A stretch of DNA of 64,000 nt from an uncultured archaeon (GTDB taxonomy: Archaea; Thermoplasmatota; Thermoplasmata; Thermoplasmatales; Thermoplasmataceae). Each line of letters begins with the position of its first letter. Position 1 is the stretch's first letter. This document shows, one piece after another, positions 9,987-21,221 of the stretch. The notes under the pieces are model-generated. The model was not told the origin of the DNA. It worked only from the letters and a program-made list of their open reading frames with translations, and did not search any database. The translations under genes and the position numbers were made by a program. Location: contig CP009479.1 of NCBI GenBank assembly GCA_000965745.1, forward strand, positions 576,001-640,000. Reading direction: 5' to 3'.

Positions 9987-11219
9987 TCAGAATTTCAGCT
10001 GAGCGGGGTAAGTCCCTTCTCCGGATTCCCACTTCAGACCTCCGCCTTCAATCTTCATTACGTTTGAAGCGTCGTGTGTGGACAGGGTTACCTTGTTTCC
10101 AGAAAGTTTGAGGCCGAGGATGCCGTAATTCATGGAGTCCATGAGGACCTCATCTCCTCTAACTATCTCGGGGTAAACAACCTTGCCATTGTACCTGCTG
10201 TATCCAAGCGTGCTCCAGTAATCGGGGGAAAAGGTAGTTGTATCGGTGAAAACCCTCAGGTAAGCTTCATGGTCTCGGTTCATGGCAGAGTGCGCTTTTG
10301 CAGACCTGATGAGGCTTATCAGCTCATCCCTTATCATGAATCCATCATTCCTGTGCATGTGGCTTCCCGAATATGTTACGTTTGCTGTGTAATACCCGGT
10401 CTTGTTGATTTTCCTGAATGTAAGAAAACTCATTATGTTCTCATAAACTACCTGATTGCCCTTCTTTTTGAGAACCTCCTTAAGAGCATCTTTCATCTGC
10501 TCCTGAGATTTCCAGCTTATTCCAAATCTGGATGGAAACTCCCAGGTGAACCATTCCGGAATTGCCTCACATTCCGATGATGCGGCTTCGTCGAATACAT
10601 CCCGGTATCTCTGGGACCAGTAGTCCCTCGGAAGGAATGACTGCGGTATTTTCCTGAATTCCTGGAAATCTATCTGGCATTCCCCGTACTTGAACTTGCT
10701 GGATGTAGCGTCGTATCTTATTGCCCTTTCATTTGGCCCGGCAAAGAATATTTTGTTGTCTATCATTCCGAGGCCTATGATCGACCTTGATATCAGATCA
10801 TAGAGCAGTCTCTTTCCAGATTCGATCCTGAGCCCTACTGAGTTCTCAGCTAGCTTCCTGGTTATCTCTTCAAGCCTTTCCTGCTGAGGCTGGTCCCATT
10901 CAGACGGGTCAGATGTTGTTACAAGCCTGGCTGAGACAACGTGTTTCTCGCTGTCAAAATCCCTGAATCGTGAGTTGAGCGTTATGATGGAGTCTTCGAA
11001 AAGATTGAGCTTGTCCATGCTTATGCCGTCCTGGCCGACACATTCACAGAAAACGTACCCCTCGTTCTCCTCTAGAAGGACATCATGGATAACTCCCAGG
11101 GTCTCATAACGTGGCACGACATTTTCTCCCCTGGACACACAAAGCGCTGCATAGGCCATTTCAAGAAGCCAGCCTTCCAGAGTAAGGTTGCCAGCCCAGT
11201 CTTCTTCAGTCTTCTCCAT
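9987..11219 (-). CDS. Hypothetical protein, possible N-terminal PD-(D/E)XK-like domain
   Basis: 410-aa ORF; E...HDVLL......FCEC spacing loosely resembles a nuclease fold. Confidence 0.6.
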   Translation of the reverse strand: MEKTEEDWAGNLTLEGWLLEMAYAALCVSRGENVVPRYETLGVIHDVLLEENEGYVFCECVGQDGISMDKLNLFEDSIITLNSRFRDFDSEKHVVSARLVTTSDPSEWDQPQQERLEEITRKLAENSVGLRIESGKRLLYDLISRSIIGLGMIDNKIFFAGPNERAIRYDATSSKFKYGECQIDFQEFRKIPQSFLPRDYWSQRYRDVFDEAASSECEAIPEWFTWEFPSRFGISWKSQEQMKDALKEVLKKKGNQVVYENIMSFLTFRKINKTGYYTANVTYSGSHMHRNDGFMIRDELISLIRSAKAHSAMNRDHEAYLRVFTDTTTFSPDYWSTLGYSRYNGKVVYPEIVRGDEVLMDSMNYGILGLKLSGNKVTLSTHDASNVMKIEGGGLKWESGEGTYPAQLKF

Positions 11220-11302
11220 ACGGTTTCAGATTCCGTTTATAACGTATAAACTTTTCTTCACGCAGAGCTGGATTTTAAGCTTAAATTCTAGAATAGCAGG
11301 GA

Positions 11303-11656
11303 TCAGTGCCTGAATGATTTGAGGATGTTCGAGAAATACACTTTTTCACTCCCGAGCCTGGAGCTGACCCCTTTTCCCATAGAGAATATCTTCCTGCCCT
11401 CAATTTCAAGGTCCAGCCGCCTTGAAGATCTGTTGAGTGCCTCAGCAATGCGGCTTATGTTCCCGAGTTCAGAGAATCTGTGCTTTATCCCCTCGAACAT
11501 TATGTTTGAAAGGTGTTTCTCTGTGATTCTTACTGTAATGACTCCCCCAGAGGCTTCGATCTCGACCGGATCTTCCTGGTTGAATCTTATTCCTACTTTT
11601 CCGGATATAAGTGAGGAGAGTGCACAGGCTGCAAGTGTCTCCGCCAGATCATTCAT
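11303..11656 (-). CDS. Hypothetical protein
   Basis: 117-aa ORF overlapping the upstream small ORF. Confidence 0.6.
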   Translation of the reverse strand: MNDLAETLAACALSSLISGKVGIRFNQEDPVEIEASGGVITVRITEKHLSNIMFEGIKHRFSELGNISRIAEALNRSSRRLDLEIEGRKIFSMGKGVSSRLGSEKVYFSNILKSFRH

Positions 11657-11825
11657 GCATCGGCCTTACAACAATGCTGATCCTGCCTGTTACATTGATC
11701 TTGGTCTGAATTGATGATATGCCAATCTCAAGGTTTTCAAAACTAAGCTCTGTTGTGCTCTTTGTGTTTTCCACAGCTCTCAGGAAGCTCTCTATAATTG
11801 TTTCGTCTTTTTTCTCATCTGCCAT
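11649..11825 (-). CDS. Small hypothetical protein (58 aa, MADEKKDETIIESFLRAVE...)
   Basis: Read by hand, below the track cutoff; its end overlaps the next gene's start. Confidence 0.6.
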   Translation of the reverse strand: MADEKKDETIIESFLRAVENTKSTTELSFENLEIGISSIQTKINVTGRISIVVRPMHE

Positions 11826-11897
11826 AATCGTCTAGCTGGATCTGAATAATATATGTTGCTGTATGTGAAAAGATAATTATTTTAATGACTGTGGGCG

Positions 11898-13961
11898 CTA
11901 CTGGTTCTGCTTTGCTGCCGCTCCCCTTTTCCCTGAATTCCTTCCGGATTCCCTTGGAGCCTCGAGCTCAAATGTCCTTTCCGTGAACGTCCTTCTCGTG
12001 CCGAAGGGCCTGAAAAGCTTTCCGTTCCCGGTGAAGAACTTGGAGAAGAACTCCACGTAAATAAGCCTCGCTCCCTGAATTCCAGGTTCAAACACCGCTA
12101 TTACAAGGTTGAAAAGCTGGCCAAATACGAGAATTATCACCCCGACCACGGCCAATTCCGGGGATTTGTTTACTCCCTTCAGGAATATCAGGTCGATGAT
12201 CTGCGACAGGATGACCGAAGCCAGGAGGATTCCCAGGATCCTTGTATACGAAAGAATATGGCTGATGATTGATGGTATCTCCATGCCTCCCTGTGCCTTT
12301 TCCGTTGCGATGATCAGGCCCAGCCCCACTACAAGCATGATTACATAGATTAGAGTTGCAGGGCTCTGCGAGAAATTGAAGGAAGCCTGCCCATGAATTA
12401 GCGCAAGGCCAAGAAGTGCAATTCCCCAGGCGAAAACAAGCCATCCTAGCTTGCCCACTGCCTCCTTTGTCTGTTTGAACCTGATCCTGTTTACCATTCC
12501 GAAGACAAGGCCGAGAGATACCATGCCCAATCCTATATAACCGGAGAATAACAGCAGTTTCCTCACCATGAAGTCAACGCTGAACAGTTCCGTGGCGGTT
12601 GGCGGGAAACCGTATACAGTAGTGCCGCCAAATCCAGTGCTTACAGCAAAGACAGTGTATGGAAGAAGCGGGAATCCGAAGAAGTTGTTGAATAGCAGCC
12701 CTACCGCTATTGCAACTATCGCACCGGGAATAAGGGCTTTACCGAGTGTCTTGAGAGACTCCGGGCCCATTATGGTGAGGACGAACCTTGACAGGAGCTT
12801 TGGAATATGGCTTTTCCTAACCGGATTGTTGATTCTGTGAATCATCCAAAGTGAGATCCCAAGAATGGTCAGGCCGTATCCCCAGTCTCCAACCATGAGG
12901 CCGAAGAATACCGGAAACACAATGGCAAAGATCATTGTAGGGTCTATTTCCCCGTGCTGGGGCAGAGAGTAAAACCTTACGAAGAATTCAAACACTTTGA
13001 ACCTTCCTGGATTGCTCATTACAGTCGGGGGCATTTCGTTCGTATCGACCTTTCTGAAAATCATCCTTCCTTCAGTCAGTTCATGAAGCTTCTGCTTAAG
13101 TGGAGAGAAGTATTTTTCAGGGATCCAGCCCTCCATGGCGAAGGTGTCCCTTGTCGAGGAAAGCTTCTCTGATGCTTCCATCTTCTTAACCTCTATTTCA
13201 AGGGCCTCCCTCAGCTGTGCAATTATAGCGTAGACCCGGTCTGCAAGCTCATTGATGTCTGTCCTTAACTGGTTCAGTGATCTTCGATTCTCACTGAGCT
13301 TCACGTTAAGAAAATCATGGTACTCACTAGGCCTGCCGGTCATCATTGGAACATGTATAAGCTTGAAGTTCTGCCTGCTGGCAATCTGGGCTAGATCAGA
13401 ATCCTTCTCCTCAGGCACAGCTATCAGAACATAGTCATTCCCGAGGTCAAGAACCTTGGAATTTGCAAGAGAGGATTCAACGATTTCCTTGAAATTCCTG
13501 TTTTTCTCCTTCTTGACAATGAAAGATGCAACGTATTTGTTGTTGAAAACCGACAGATCATAGTCCAGGTGCTTCAGTAAGTTCACTGCCGAAAGCCTCT
13601 GCTCTATCTCCCTGATCTCAGTGAGTATGTCCCCCTCCTCTTCTCTCAGCATCCTGATGTCGTTTTCAACCTTCACGGTGGATGCTTCTTTAAGGAGTTC
13701 TTCGATTGATTCGAACTGTTTCTTGCCCGAGACCTTTCTCCTTGGCAGTTGAGTCTCCATGCCCCTGAATTTCTGGAGAAGGCTGTTCAGTTCCTTGTAA
13801 TAATGATTTGTTGCTCCCTGCTGCAGAAGTTTTGAAATCTCCTCAGAAACGGGCTCAAGCTGTATTATTCCATAATCGTGAAGTGCTGACACTATGGTGT
13901 CCTTGACAGAATTTGCCGCTATTATCCTTACCCGTGCCATTTTTTCAGGGAACAGTGCCAT
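11898..13961 (-). CDS. atpI: A-type ATP synthase subunit I (a)
   Basis: EIDPT, FFGLMVGDWGYG, LSYTRI, QGARLIYVEFFSKFF. Confidence 0.95.
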   Translation of the reverse strand: MALFPEKMARVRIIAANSVKDTIVSALHDYGIIQLEPVSEEISKLLQQGATNHYYKELNSLLQKFRGMETQLPRRKVSGKKQFESIEELLKEASTVKVENDIRMLREEEGDILTEIREIEQRLSAVNLLKHLDYDLSVFNNKYVASFIVKKEKNRNFKEIVESSLANSKVLDLGNDYVLIAVPEEKDSDLAQIASRQNFKLIHVPMMTGRPSEYHDFLNVKLSENRRSLNQLRTDINELADRVYAIIAQLREALEIEVKKMEASEKLSSTRDTFAMEGWIPEKYFSPLKQKLHELTEGRMIFRKVDTNEMPPTVMSNPGRFKVFEFFVRFYSLPQHGEIDPTMIFAIVFPVFFGLMVGDWGYGLTILGISLWMIHRINNPVRKSHIPKLLSRFVLTIMGPESLKTLGKALIPGAIVAIAVGLLFNNFFGFPLLPYTVFAVSTGFGGTTVYGFPPTATELFSVDFMVRKLLLFSGYIGLGMVSLGLVFGMVNRIRFKQTKEAVGKLGWLVFAWGIALLGLALIHGQASFNFSQSPATLIYVIMLVVGLGLIIATEKAQGGMEIPSIISHILSYTRILGILLASVILSQIIDLIFLKGVNKSPELAVVGVIILVFGQLFNLVIAVFEPGIQGARLIYVEFFSKFFTGNGKLFRPFGTRRTFTERTFELEAPRESGRNSGKRGAAAKQNQ

Positions 13962-13962
13962 A

Positions 13963-14286
13963 TCAATCTTCCAGGTATTGGTTGAGTGCATCCAGCACTA
14001 TTTTTTCAATGTCCTTGTCAGAGATGCTCAGCCTGATAGTAGTGGCCTTTGCCTCCCCTTCCTCAATAATTTCAAGCCTCTTGGTCTCAAGCTCCCTCTT
14101 CAGCTCTTCCATCTTCCGGTTGTACTGATTCTCAAGCTCTTCCCTTTTGCGTTCTACTTGTGAAGTGCCGCGCGTTCTGGCATCTTCATATTTCTTCTTC
14201 TGCGACTGGAGAAATTCTTCAACCTCTTCATCGGCCGACTTCTCCTTGTCGCGAATTACCTTAAGTGTTTCAAAATCCTCAGTCAT
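13963..14286 (-). CDS. atpH: A-type ATP synthase subunit H (G)
   Basis: Charged coiled-coil of 107 aa directly before atpI. Confidence 0.85.
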   Translation of the reverse strand: MTEDFETLKVIRDKEKSADEEVEEFLQSQKKKYEDARTRGTSQVERKREELENQYNRKMEELKRELETKRLEIIEEGEAKATTIRLSISDKDIEKIVLDALNQYLED

Positions 14287-14460
14287 TTAGAGCACCCCTG
14301 CCAAAATAAAAGCCAGGACAATAGCAGACACTACGATGTTGAACATGAATATTGTTTTTCGTATCCTTAGGAACTTCCTGAGATTCCGGTTGCTCTTGAG
14401 CGTTTCCGAAGGGATGTTCTGCTGCTGGACCTTCCATTTGGGCTTGTAGTACCTGTTCAA
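14287..14460 (-). CDS. Small membrane protein (57 aa) inside the ATP synthase operon
   Basis: TTG start overlaps the atpD stop with GAGGAG upstream; [10 protein letters not shown]...IFMFNIVVSAIVLAFILAGVL; stop abuts the atpH ATG. Confidence 0.7.
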   Translation of the reverse strand: MNRYYKPKWKVQQQNIPSETLKSNRNLRKFLRIRKTIFMFNIVVSAIVLAFILAGVL

Positions 14461-15119
14461 CTCTCCTCAGCCTCCGCCCTTTCAGTAATCTTCCTTTTAA
14501 TGATCTTGAGAGTGGTGAAAGTGTCCCTCTCCAGTTCATCCAGCCTCATCCTTATCCTTTTCTGGGTCTGGACAAGATCCGGTATCAGTATGTTTTCAAT
14601 CGCGTTCGATCTCCTCTTGGTCCTGTCTATTTCATAGAGGAGTTTTCTCATAGAGTTTTCCTTCTCTGCAATCTCAACAATAAACCTGAATATTTTTTCA
14701 AATTTCTTTATTGCATCGTTCACCGGTGCGGGCACCGATACGACGCGATACATCTCCGAAAGAATTGTCTGCGCATAATTGACGGTGAGCTCTGGAATCC
14801 TGACGCCCATGATGTTCTTCGAGCCTATTCCGACACTTGAATCCGCTGACATGAATGCAATGCGCTCAACAGTCATGGTGCCTTCCAGGACCTCAGCCAT
14901 TTTCAGTGTGCTTATGGCCTCCCCAACATCCTTCCTCAGGTCCTCCCTCATTCCCTTGACCTGCCTGCTGATGTTGAAGAATTCCATCACAAGGGATGAT
15001 CTCTTCATCTTGAGCAGATCAAGGCCTTTTCTGGCAAGCTTTACCCTCCTGCCAGTTCGAATGAGTTCAATCCTTGTTGGTCTTACATCCTGCGACGGCA
15101 TTCTTAATCCTTTTTCCAC
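14457..15119 (-). CDS. atpD: A-type ATP synthase subunit D
   Basis: PTRIEL...[12 protein letters not shown]; TKRRSNAIE. True start may be 15101. Confidence 0.95.
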   Translation of the reverse strand: MEKGLRMPSQDVRPTRIELIRTGRRVKLARKGLDLLKMKRSSLVMEFFNISRQVKGMREDLRKDVGEAISTLKMAEVLEGTMTVERIAFMSADSSVGIGSKNIMGVRIPELTVNYAQTILSEMYRVVSVPAPVNDAIKKFEKIFRFIVEIAEKENSMRKLLYEIDRTKRRSNAIENILIPDLVQTQKRIRMRLDELERDTFTTLKIIKRKITERAEAEES

Positions 15120-16492
15120 TTCCCGTACTTTTCTATGTGATCCCTCTTGACCCTCTTCATTTCATCTTCCGGGAGCTCAGAAAGAAGTTCCCAGCCGAGA
15201 TCAAGAGTCTGATCTATTGTCCTGTCCTCGTATATGTCCTGGTTAACATATTTCAGCTCGAAATCGTCTGCAAACTTCAGGTACTTCCTGTCGTTTGCGC
15301 CAAGTGCCTCCTCGCCTACAATCGCGCTTAGAGATCTCAGGTCTTTTCCACTTGCGTATGCTGAATATAGCTGGTCAGCAACTCCTCTGTGATCCTCTCG
15401 TGTTCTGCCCTTTCCTATTCCCTGGTTCATCAACCTGGAAAGTGAGGGGAGAACATCTATTCCGGGATATATTCCCTTCCTCTGCAGGTCTCTTGATAGC
15501 ACTGTCTGGCCTTCGGTAATGTATCCAGTAAGATCCGGGATCGGGTTCGTGATATCATCGCCCGGCATCGTCAGTATCGGGAGCTGTGTTATCGAGCCGT
15601 TCTTTCCCTTTATCTTTCCTGCTCTTTCGTAAATCGTGCTGAGGTCGGTATACATATAACCGGGATAGCCCCTCCTTCCGGGGACTTCTTCCCTTGCGGA
15701 TGATATTTCCCTCAACGCTTCACAGTAATTTGTCATATCCGTCAGAATGACTAGAATATGCATTCCCTCCTCGTATGCCAGATATTCGGCTGTTGTGAGT
15801 GCTACCCGTGGAAGCACGATTCTTTCCATGGACGGGTCTGATGAGAGATTCAGGAACATTACTGACCTGGCAATGGCCCCTGTGCTCCTGAACTCATTGA
15901 TGAAATAGTTTGCCTCTTCGCTGGTTATACCCATGGCACCGAATATGACAGCAAATCCCTCTTCTTTCCCAATCACCTTCGCCTGTCTTGCAATTTGTGC
16001 GGCAAGCTGGTTATGGGCGAGTCCTGAGGCTGAAAAGATTGGAAGCTTCTGCCCCCTTACCAGGGTGTTCATACCATCTATTGTTGATATTCCTGTCTGA
16101 ATGAACTCTGAGGGTTCTTCCCTTGAGTACGGATTTATTGAGTCCCCCACAATTTCGATTTTCTCTTTGCTGACTATCTCAGGACCGTTGTCTATAGGCT
16201 CACCGAGGCCGTTAAAGATCCTGCCCATCATGTCTCCCGAGATAGAAACTCTGGCAGTGCTGCCTGAAAACCTTATTCTTGTGTTCGTTGTGTCCATTCC
16301 GGAAGTTTGGCCAAATACCTGAACGATGGCCATTCCTTTCCTTGTGTCAAGAACCTGGCCTGTCCTCTTCTCACCGTTGCCCAGTGTTATTTCTACAAGC
16401 TCGTTGTAGGCGGCATTCGGCACACCTTCAACGAAGATAAGCGGCCCGCTTATTTCTGCAATTGACTTATAGCTGACTGACGGCATTTTCAC
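15104..16492 (-). CDS. atpB: A-type ATP synthase subunit B
   Basis: [36 protein letters not shown]. Confidence 0.97.
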   Translation of the reverse strand: MKMPSVSYKSIAEISGPLIFVEGVPNAAYNELVEITLGNGEKRTGQVLDTRKGMAIVQVFGQTSGMDTTNTRIRFSGSTARVSISGDMMGRIFNGLGEPIDNGPEIVSKEKIEIVGDSINPYSREEPSEFIQTGISTIDGMNTLVRGQKLPIFSASGLAHNQLAAQIARQAKVIGKEEGFAVIFGAMGITSEEANYFINEFRSTGAIARSVMFLNLSSDPSMERIVLPRVALTTAEYLAYEEGMHILVILTDMTNYCEALREISSAREEVPGRRGYPGYMYTDLSTIYERAGKIKGKNGSITQLPILTMPGDDITNPIPDLTGYITEGQTVLSRDLQRKGIYPGIDVLPSLSRLMNQGIGKGRTREDHRGVADQLYSAYASGKDLRSLSAIVGEEALGANDRKYLKFADDFELKYVNQDIYEDRTIDQTLDLGWELLSELPEDEMKRVKRDHIEKYGKWKKD

Positions 16493-19400
16493 TGCACCTC
16501 CAGAAGGCTGCTGAACTGGTTCTTGATGTCTGCCTGTATCTCGTTGTAGTAATCTTCAAAATTGTCATCCTTAATTTCCTTCATTCTCGAGATCTTTTGC
16601 CTGACGGGCAGGCTTTGAATTGCGTTCATTGAAAGACCCCTGTCTACAGATTCGGATTGTTTCCTTCCCAGTTTCAGTATTGAGTCAAGCATGAGGTACT
16701 GCTTCTTCATTGAGCAGTATGTGTCAACTTCATCGAAGGCGCTCTGCTGCAGGAAATCCTCCCTGATTGTCCTTGCAACATCAAGGACAGCTTTCTCCTT
16801 TTCCGGAAGTGCATCATACCCTACCAGCTGAACTACTTCCTGCAGTTCGGATTCTTTCTGCAGGATTCCCATAGCTTCAGAATAAAGATCATTCCAGTCC
16901 TTTGAGATGTTCTTCCCATACCATTCCTTCAGTGTGTCAAGATAGAGTGAGTAACTGTTCAGCCAGTTTATCGAGGGGAAATGCCTCCTTGAAGCCAGGG
17001 AGGAGTCAAGCGCCCAGAAAACCCTGGTAACACGGAGAGTGTTCTGCGAAACTGGCTCAGATATATCCCCTCCCGGAGGCGATACTGCACCTACGATAGT
17101 GATGGACCCCTGCCTTTCTCCTTCTGAAACAACAAGGGCGTTTCCAGATCTTTCATAGAACTCAGAAAGCCTTCGCCCGAGATAAGCAGGGTAGCCTTCT
17201 TCTCCGGGCATTTCTTCGAGCCTGCCTGAGATTTCCCTCAATGCCTCTGCCCATCTTGATGTGCTGTCTGCCATAAGGGCCACATCATAACCCATATCCC
17301 TGTAATACTCAGCTATCGTTATTCCTGTATAGATACTTGCTTCCCTGGCGGCTACAGGCATGTTTGATGTGTTTGCTATGAGAACTGTCCTCTCCATAAG
17401 CGGTCTTCCGCTCCTAGGGTCCTCAAGCTCTGGGAAAGTTGTAAGAATTTCAGTCATTTCGTTTCCTCTTTCCCCGCAACCAACGTAAACGACGATGTCA
17501 CTATCTGCCCACTTGGACAATTGATGCTGGACAACTGTGTTATGAAGAATAATTCCACCGTAGCCGCCGACAAAATTCATTCCATAATCCGGAAGCGAGA
17601 CATCGTAAACATCAAACGGGCCTGATATCTCTTCAATTTCAGCTATCCTGTCAAAAAATACATAGTCTAGGGAGCTAGCAAGGTTTTCAGGACTTTCTTC
17701 TTGAAGAAGATTTCCGGAGGATCTGCTGATCGCTTTTGAGGAACTCCTGAAGGTACCTGCCCCCATCTGTTCGACATTTCCGATGTAGTCTGATATCTCT
17801 ATGCCCTCACTGAGGTGTTCTGAGTATGCTGCATTTCGGTGAAGCTCACTGGTGACCTCTCCGGAAATAGGCACGATGTCTATGGAATCGTACGCGGAAT
17901 TTTTTCCTTTGACATAATCCGAAATTTTCTCCACCTTTATATGGTCTGTATTGAACAAGCTCAGCAGCTTACCAAGATTTGCGATTCCCCTGACACATAT
18001 ACTGTGGTAAACCCTGTCATTGTCATTCCTGGTTGCCATCGTATTCATTATTCCGTATCTGGAAAGGATGTAAGATAGCTGAGCTGATAGCCACTTACTT
18101 GCAGTGCCGAACTCTACCGTGCTATTGCTGAACGAGCCGCCACCCATGAAGTATGATATCATGAAAGAGGATATGCTGGAGTTGCCTGACCTCATAAGTA
18201 CGTCTGGGACCTTCCTGGAATATGCATTGTTTCCTGTTCCAAGAATTTCCAGGAAACCTACCAGAATTTTGCTGTGCAGGAGAACTTTCGGTATCTTTCC
18301 TTCCTGGCATTCCATCAAACCGATTATGCCGAAAAGATCGAATGCAAGTTTTTTGAACCTTTCGAGGAGTTTTTCGTCCCTGTTCGTAAATACTACTGTT
18401 TCGTTCCCGCGCACATAGCCTTGAGATATGTAGTATCCGAGGAATTCAGCCAGCCCATCGTTCATCTTTTCTGGAATCCGAACTGGAGTGCTTTTCCCAT
18501 CTCCGATGAGAAGCTTCGGGTGAGGTAGAGGTCTTGCCATCTTGGTGCATATCTCTTTGATCCAGGAGAGTTTTGGGTGCACGCTTTTTTCATTTCTGCC
18601 CAGGCTATGCTTTGTTATTGGAGGCAGATCTATAGTTATTCCTTTTGAATAGGATTCTTTCAGAAGTTGCCCTATGTATGTTTTGATGTCAGCGTCGAAT
18701 ACTCTGGCATTTCCCATTTCATAGATATCTATCGGCTGGTCCTTGGATTCTATCTCAGTATTCTTTGCAGAAACTATGTAATCTCCTACTGACAGATCTT
18801 TCGCCTGTGTTTCGACAATCTCTCCATCTCCATTCAATTTGAAAAGTTTATGGACTGGTGTCACCCTGGCCTCTCTTCCCGTCCTTGTCCTTACCCTCAC
18901 AACTGAATCGCTTTTTCCCTTGTAGAGAAGGGATGATTTGCTTTTCTTTATCTTGCCTTCAGTGAAAGAGAGCATTTCTATTGGTTTCTTGAGCCTAACA
19001 ATCTCTTCGTTACCTGATGTGGACCTCATTCCTCTGCTTTCATACCTTTCATAAAGCTCCTTTATCGGAATTACAGAACCATCACCCATAAGTAAAGGTG
19101 TATCTCCTGTTACGCACTTTCCACTTCCGAAAGGTCCCGGAACTGCCACCGTCCCTCCCTTTGCAACCGGGAAGAACGTGTCAATTACTCTCTGCCCTGT
19201 AATCAGTGGCGTCTCAGGCGGGAATTTCCTCAGCACTCTTCTGGCGCTTCTGACTGGCCATTCCTGTTTCAGCTTCAGTGGCACATCAGAGCCATTGTTT
19301 TCTGAAAGAGTGCCAAAGACATCACTCAGGGTGTAGTCTCCATCCTTTATCTCCTTAATCTTGCCGAATTTTCCGAATGGAACCATAACCTTGTGGGTTA

Positions 19401-19824
19401 TGATCCCGGTTTCCTGAACTTCACCTATTATCTGGCCTTCTTTGACTTCATCGCCAGGCTTGGCTGTCGCAGTGAAGTGCCATTTCTTTTTCTCATCCAG
19501 TGGTGGAGCTGTGTAACCTCTCCTGATGAAGTCTCCTGTCTGCTCTCTGATAACGTCAAGAGGCCTCTGAATACCATCATAGATGGACTTGAGAAGGCCT
19601 GGCCCCAATTCCACAGAGAGTGGTCTCCCTGTGGTTTCTATTTTCTCCCCTGGCCTCATGCCACTCGTGTCTTCATACACCTGAACAGTAACTTTTCCTC
19701 CGGATATCTTGATTATCTCGCCAACAAGTTCGAGGTCTCCTACTCTTACGACATCGTACATTCTGGCATTCTCTAGGTCTTCCGCGATTACGACTGGACC
19801 TGAAACACGAATTATCTTTCCCAT
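16489..19824 (-). CDS. atpA: A-type ATP synthase subunit A, intein-containing
   Basis: Walker A GPFGSGK|T split by an insertion; [20 protein letters not shown]; exteins total 585 aa. Confidence 0.97.
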   Translation of the reverse strand: MGKIIRVSGPVVIAEDLENARMYDVVRVGDLELVGEIIKISGGKVTVQVYEDTSGMRPGEKIETTGRPLSVELGPGLLKSIYDGIQRPLDVIREQTGDFIRRGYTAPPLDEKKKWHFTATAKPGDEVKEGQIIGEVQETGIITHKVMVPFGKFGKIKEIKDGDYTLSDVFGTLSENNGSDVPLKLKQEWPVRSARRVLRKFPPETPLITGQRVIDTFFPVAKGGTVAVPGPFGSGKCVTGDTPLLMGDGSVIPIKELYERYESRGMRSTSGNEEIVRLKKPIEMLSFTEGKIKKSKSSLLYKGKSDSVVRVRTRTGREARVTPVHKLFKLNGDGEIVETQAKDLSVGDYIVSAKNTEIESKDQPIDIYEMGNARVFDADIKTYIGQLLKESYSKGITIDLPPITKHSLGRNEKSVHPKLSWIKEICTKMARPLPHPKLLIGDGKSTPVRIPEKMNDGLAEFLGYYISQGYVRGNETVVFTNRDEKLLERFKKLAFDLFGIIGLMECQEGKIPKVLLHSKILVGFLEILGTGNNAYSRKVPDVLMRSGNSSISSFMISYFMGGGSFSNSTVEFGTASKWLSAQLSYILSRYGIMNTMATRNDNDRVYHSICVRGIANLGKLLSLFNTDHIKVEKISDYVKGKNSAYDSIDIVPISGEVTSELHRNAAYSEHLSEGIEISDYIGNVEQMGAGTFRSSSKAISRSSGNLLQEESPENLASSLDYVFFDRIAEIEEISGPFDVYDVSLPDYGMNFVGGYGGIILHNTVVQHQLSKWADSDIVVYVGCGERGNEMTEILTTFPELEDPRSGRPLMERTVLIANTSNMPVAAREASIYTGITIAEYYRDMGYDVALMADSTSRWAEALREISGRLEEMPGEEGYPAYLGRRLSEFYERSGNALVVSEGERQGSITIVGAVSPPGGDISEPVSQNTLRVTRVFWALDSSLASRRHFPSINWLNSYSLYLDTLKEWYGKNISKDWNDLYSEAMGILQKESELQEVVQLVGYDALPEKEKAVLDVARTIREDFLQQSAFDEVDTYCSMKKQYLMLDSILKLGRKQSESVDRGLSMNAIQSLPVRQKISRMKEIKDDNFEDYYNEIQADIKNQFSSLLEVQ
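17539..19116 (-). mobile_element. Intein (526 aa) with LAGLIDADG-type endonuclease region in the atpA Walker A motif
   Basis: Starts CVTGDT, has block B VTPVH, ends VYDVSL...NFVG..GIILHN followed by Thr. Confidence 0.95.
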
Positions 19825-19828
19825 TTTT

Positions 19829-20152
19829 TCACCCGCTGATATCTACTCCAAGAATTCTCTTTGCAAGCTCCGAGACCGATTCCTCCTCCTTTCCGCCTGG
19901 AAGGGGAATAAAAACCACTAGTGGGTTCGTGGAAGTCTCTATTGTATCCAACATCTTTCTGTCCATATCACTTTTTATGTTTTCTGAAGCCATAATAAGT
20001 GAGTATTTTTTTGATTTGTAAAGTTCAAGGAGCTTCTCAACTCCCTTCTTTCCTTCAGCCATGAAGGAATTCTCGACACCTATGAGCCTGAATCCTAGAA
20101 CCAAGGCACGCTCGCCCACTACAGCTATGTTTCCAACCTGCTCTTTTGCCAT
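19829..20152 (-). CDS. atpF: A-type ATP synthase subunit F
   Basis: IAVVGE...LGFRLIGV...LGVDI. Confidence 0.93.
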   Translation of the reverse strand: MAKEQVGNIAVVGERALVLGFRLIGVENSFMAEGKKGVEKLLELYKSKKYSLIMASENIKSDMDRKMLDTIETSTNPLVVFIPLPGGKEEESVSELAKRILGVDISG

Positions 20153-20159
20153 TAAGCAC

Positions 20160-21221
20160 CTACCTCAGAATTATTATGTTGCCCAGTTTTTCAGGGTCAA
20201 GCTTGTACGTCTTTGCATACACAATTGAATGTAAATTCTCCCTTTCTATTTCAGCCCTCAGGAGAAGTGAGAAGATCGAACCTATCGAGAGGGATTGTGA
20301 TTCGAAGGTTGGAAGGTATTTTTCAAGCCTTTCCTTTTTCATTCTGGTGTCGAACTGCCCCAGAGTTCCCTCTAGGTTGTAGACCCTGAGTTCCTCTTCA
20401 AAATTATACCTGTCCTTAAGCCTTGCAAGAACATCTTCAACAGTCGGAAGTGAGAACAGTTCCTTCAGATCGTCCATTGACAATGTGCCTCCAGGTATCA
20501 CAAAGCTGGAGATCCGGTCAACCCCCACATCAAGGTCCTTTGCCTTAAGCAGCACCATTATGTTATTGCTGTCAATTTCCTCCCTGAAGAATCTGATCAG
20601 TGGGCCCTCATCCCCATTGTAGAACTTGAGCAGGGACATGAGCCTGGAATAATAGAATGCGTCAAGGGATGAATAAAGCATTGAAACATCTTTTGTCTTT
20701 CTGTAAATCTCCAGATGCTGAAGAATAGGCTGGTACCCGAATTTAAGAAGATAGTTTATCATGTCTTCTATTGAGCCCATTGAGAGCATGATCCTGAAGT
20801 CCTCATGGCTCATTGTTCCACCAAAAATGCCCATGGGAACATCCCTGAAGCTTATGAGGAAAGCCTCGGACTCTTTTATTGTATACCCGAGGTATTTCGA
20901 AGACATTATTGACTTTATATTCTGGATGTCCCATTTTGAGAGGTACGCCTTGATGAGGTCTTTTGATGCTGGTGGGGGCGCAAAAAGGGCAACCTTGTTT
21001 TTTGTTATCAGATGCCTGTTTATTGCCATCTCTAGAAGCACAGGGTTCTTGTAGAGGGCAGAAAGGGCATCAATGTCCTCCCTGTATGAAGTGTTGTACA
21101 ACTGCCTTGTTATCTCCTCCAGATCGTCGATGTGCTTAAGGTCCTCGACGAAAGAAGGTCTAAGAAAATCGGTTGTGTAAGCCTTTATACGGCCATACGC
21201 TCCTGCATAGGTAGGGTCCAT
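20160..21221 (-). CDS. atpC: A-type ATP synthase subunit C
   Basis: YAGAYGRIKA, KWDIQNIK, EIERENL; operon position. Confidence 0.92.
   Translation of the reverse strand: MDPTYAGAYGRIKAYTTDFLRPSFVEDLKHIDDLEEITRQLYNTSYREDIDALSALYKNPVLLEMAINRHLITKNKVALFAPPPASKDLIKAYLSKWDIQNIKSIMSSKYLGYTIKESEAFLISFRDVPMGIFGGTMSHEDFRIMLSMGSIEDMINYLLKFGYQPILQHLEIYRKTKDVSMLYSSLDAFYYSRLMSLLKFYNGDEGPLIRFFREEIDSNNIMVLLKAKDLDVGVDRISSFVIPGGTLSMDDLKELFSLPTVEDVLARLKDRYNFEEELRVYNLEGTLGQFDTRMKKERLEKYLPTFESQSLSIGSIFSLLLRAEIERENLHSIVYAKTYKLDPEKLGNIIILR

Noticed and set aside
14279-14539. 86-aa ORF between atpD and atpH in the supplied track
   Set aside because: It overlaps atpD substantially. The alternative frame 14287-14460 has an RBS, exact coupling and a TM helix.
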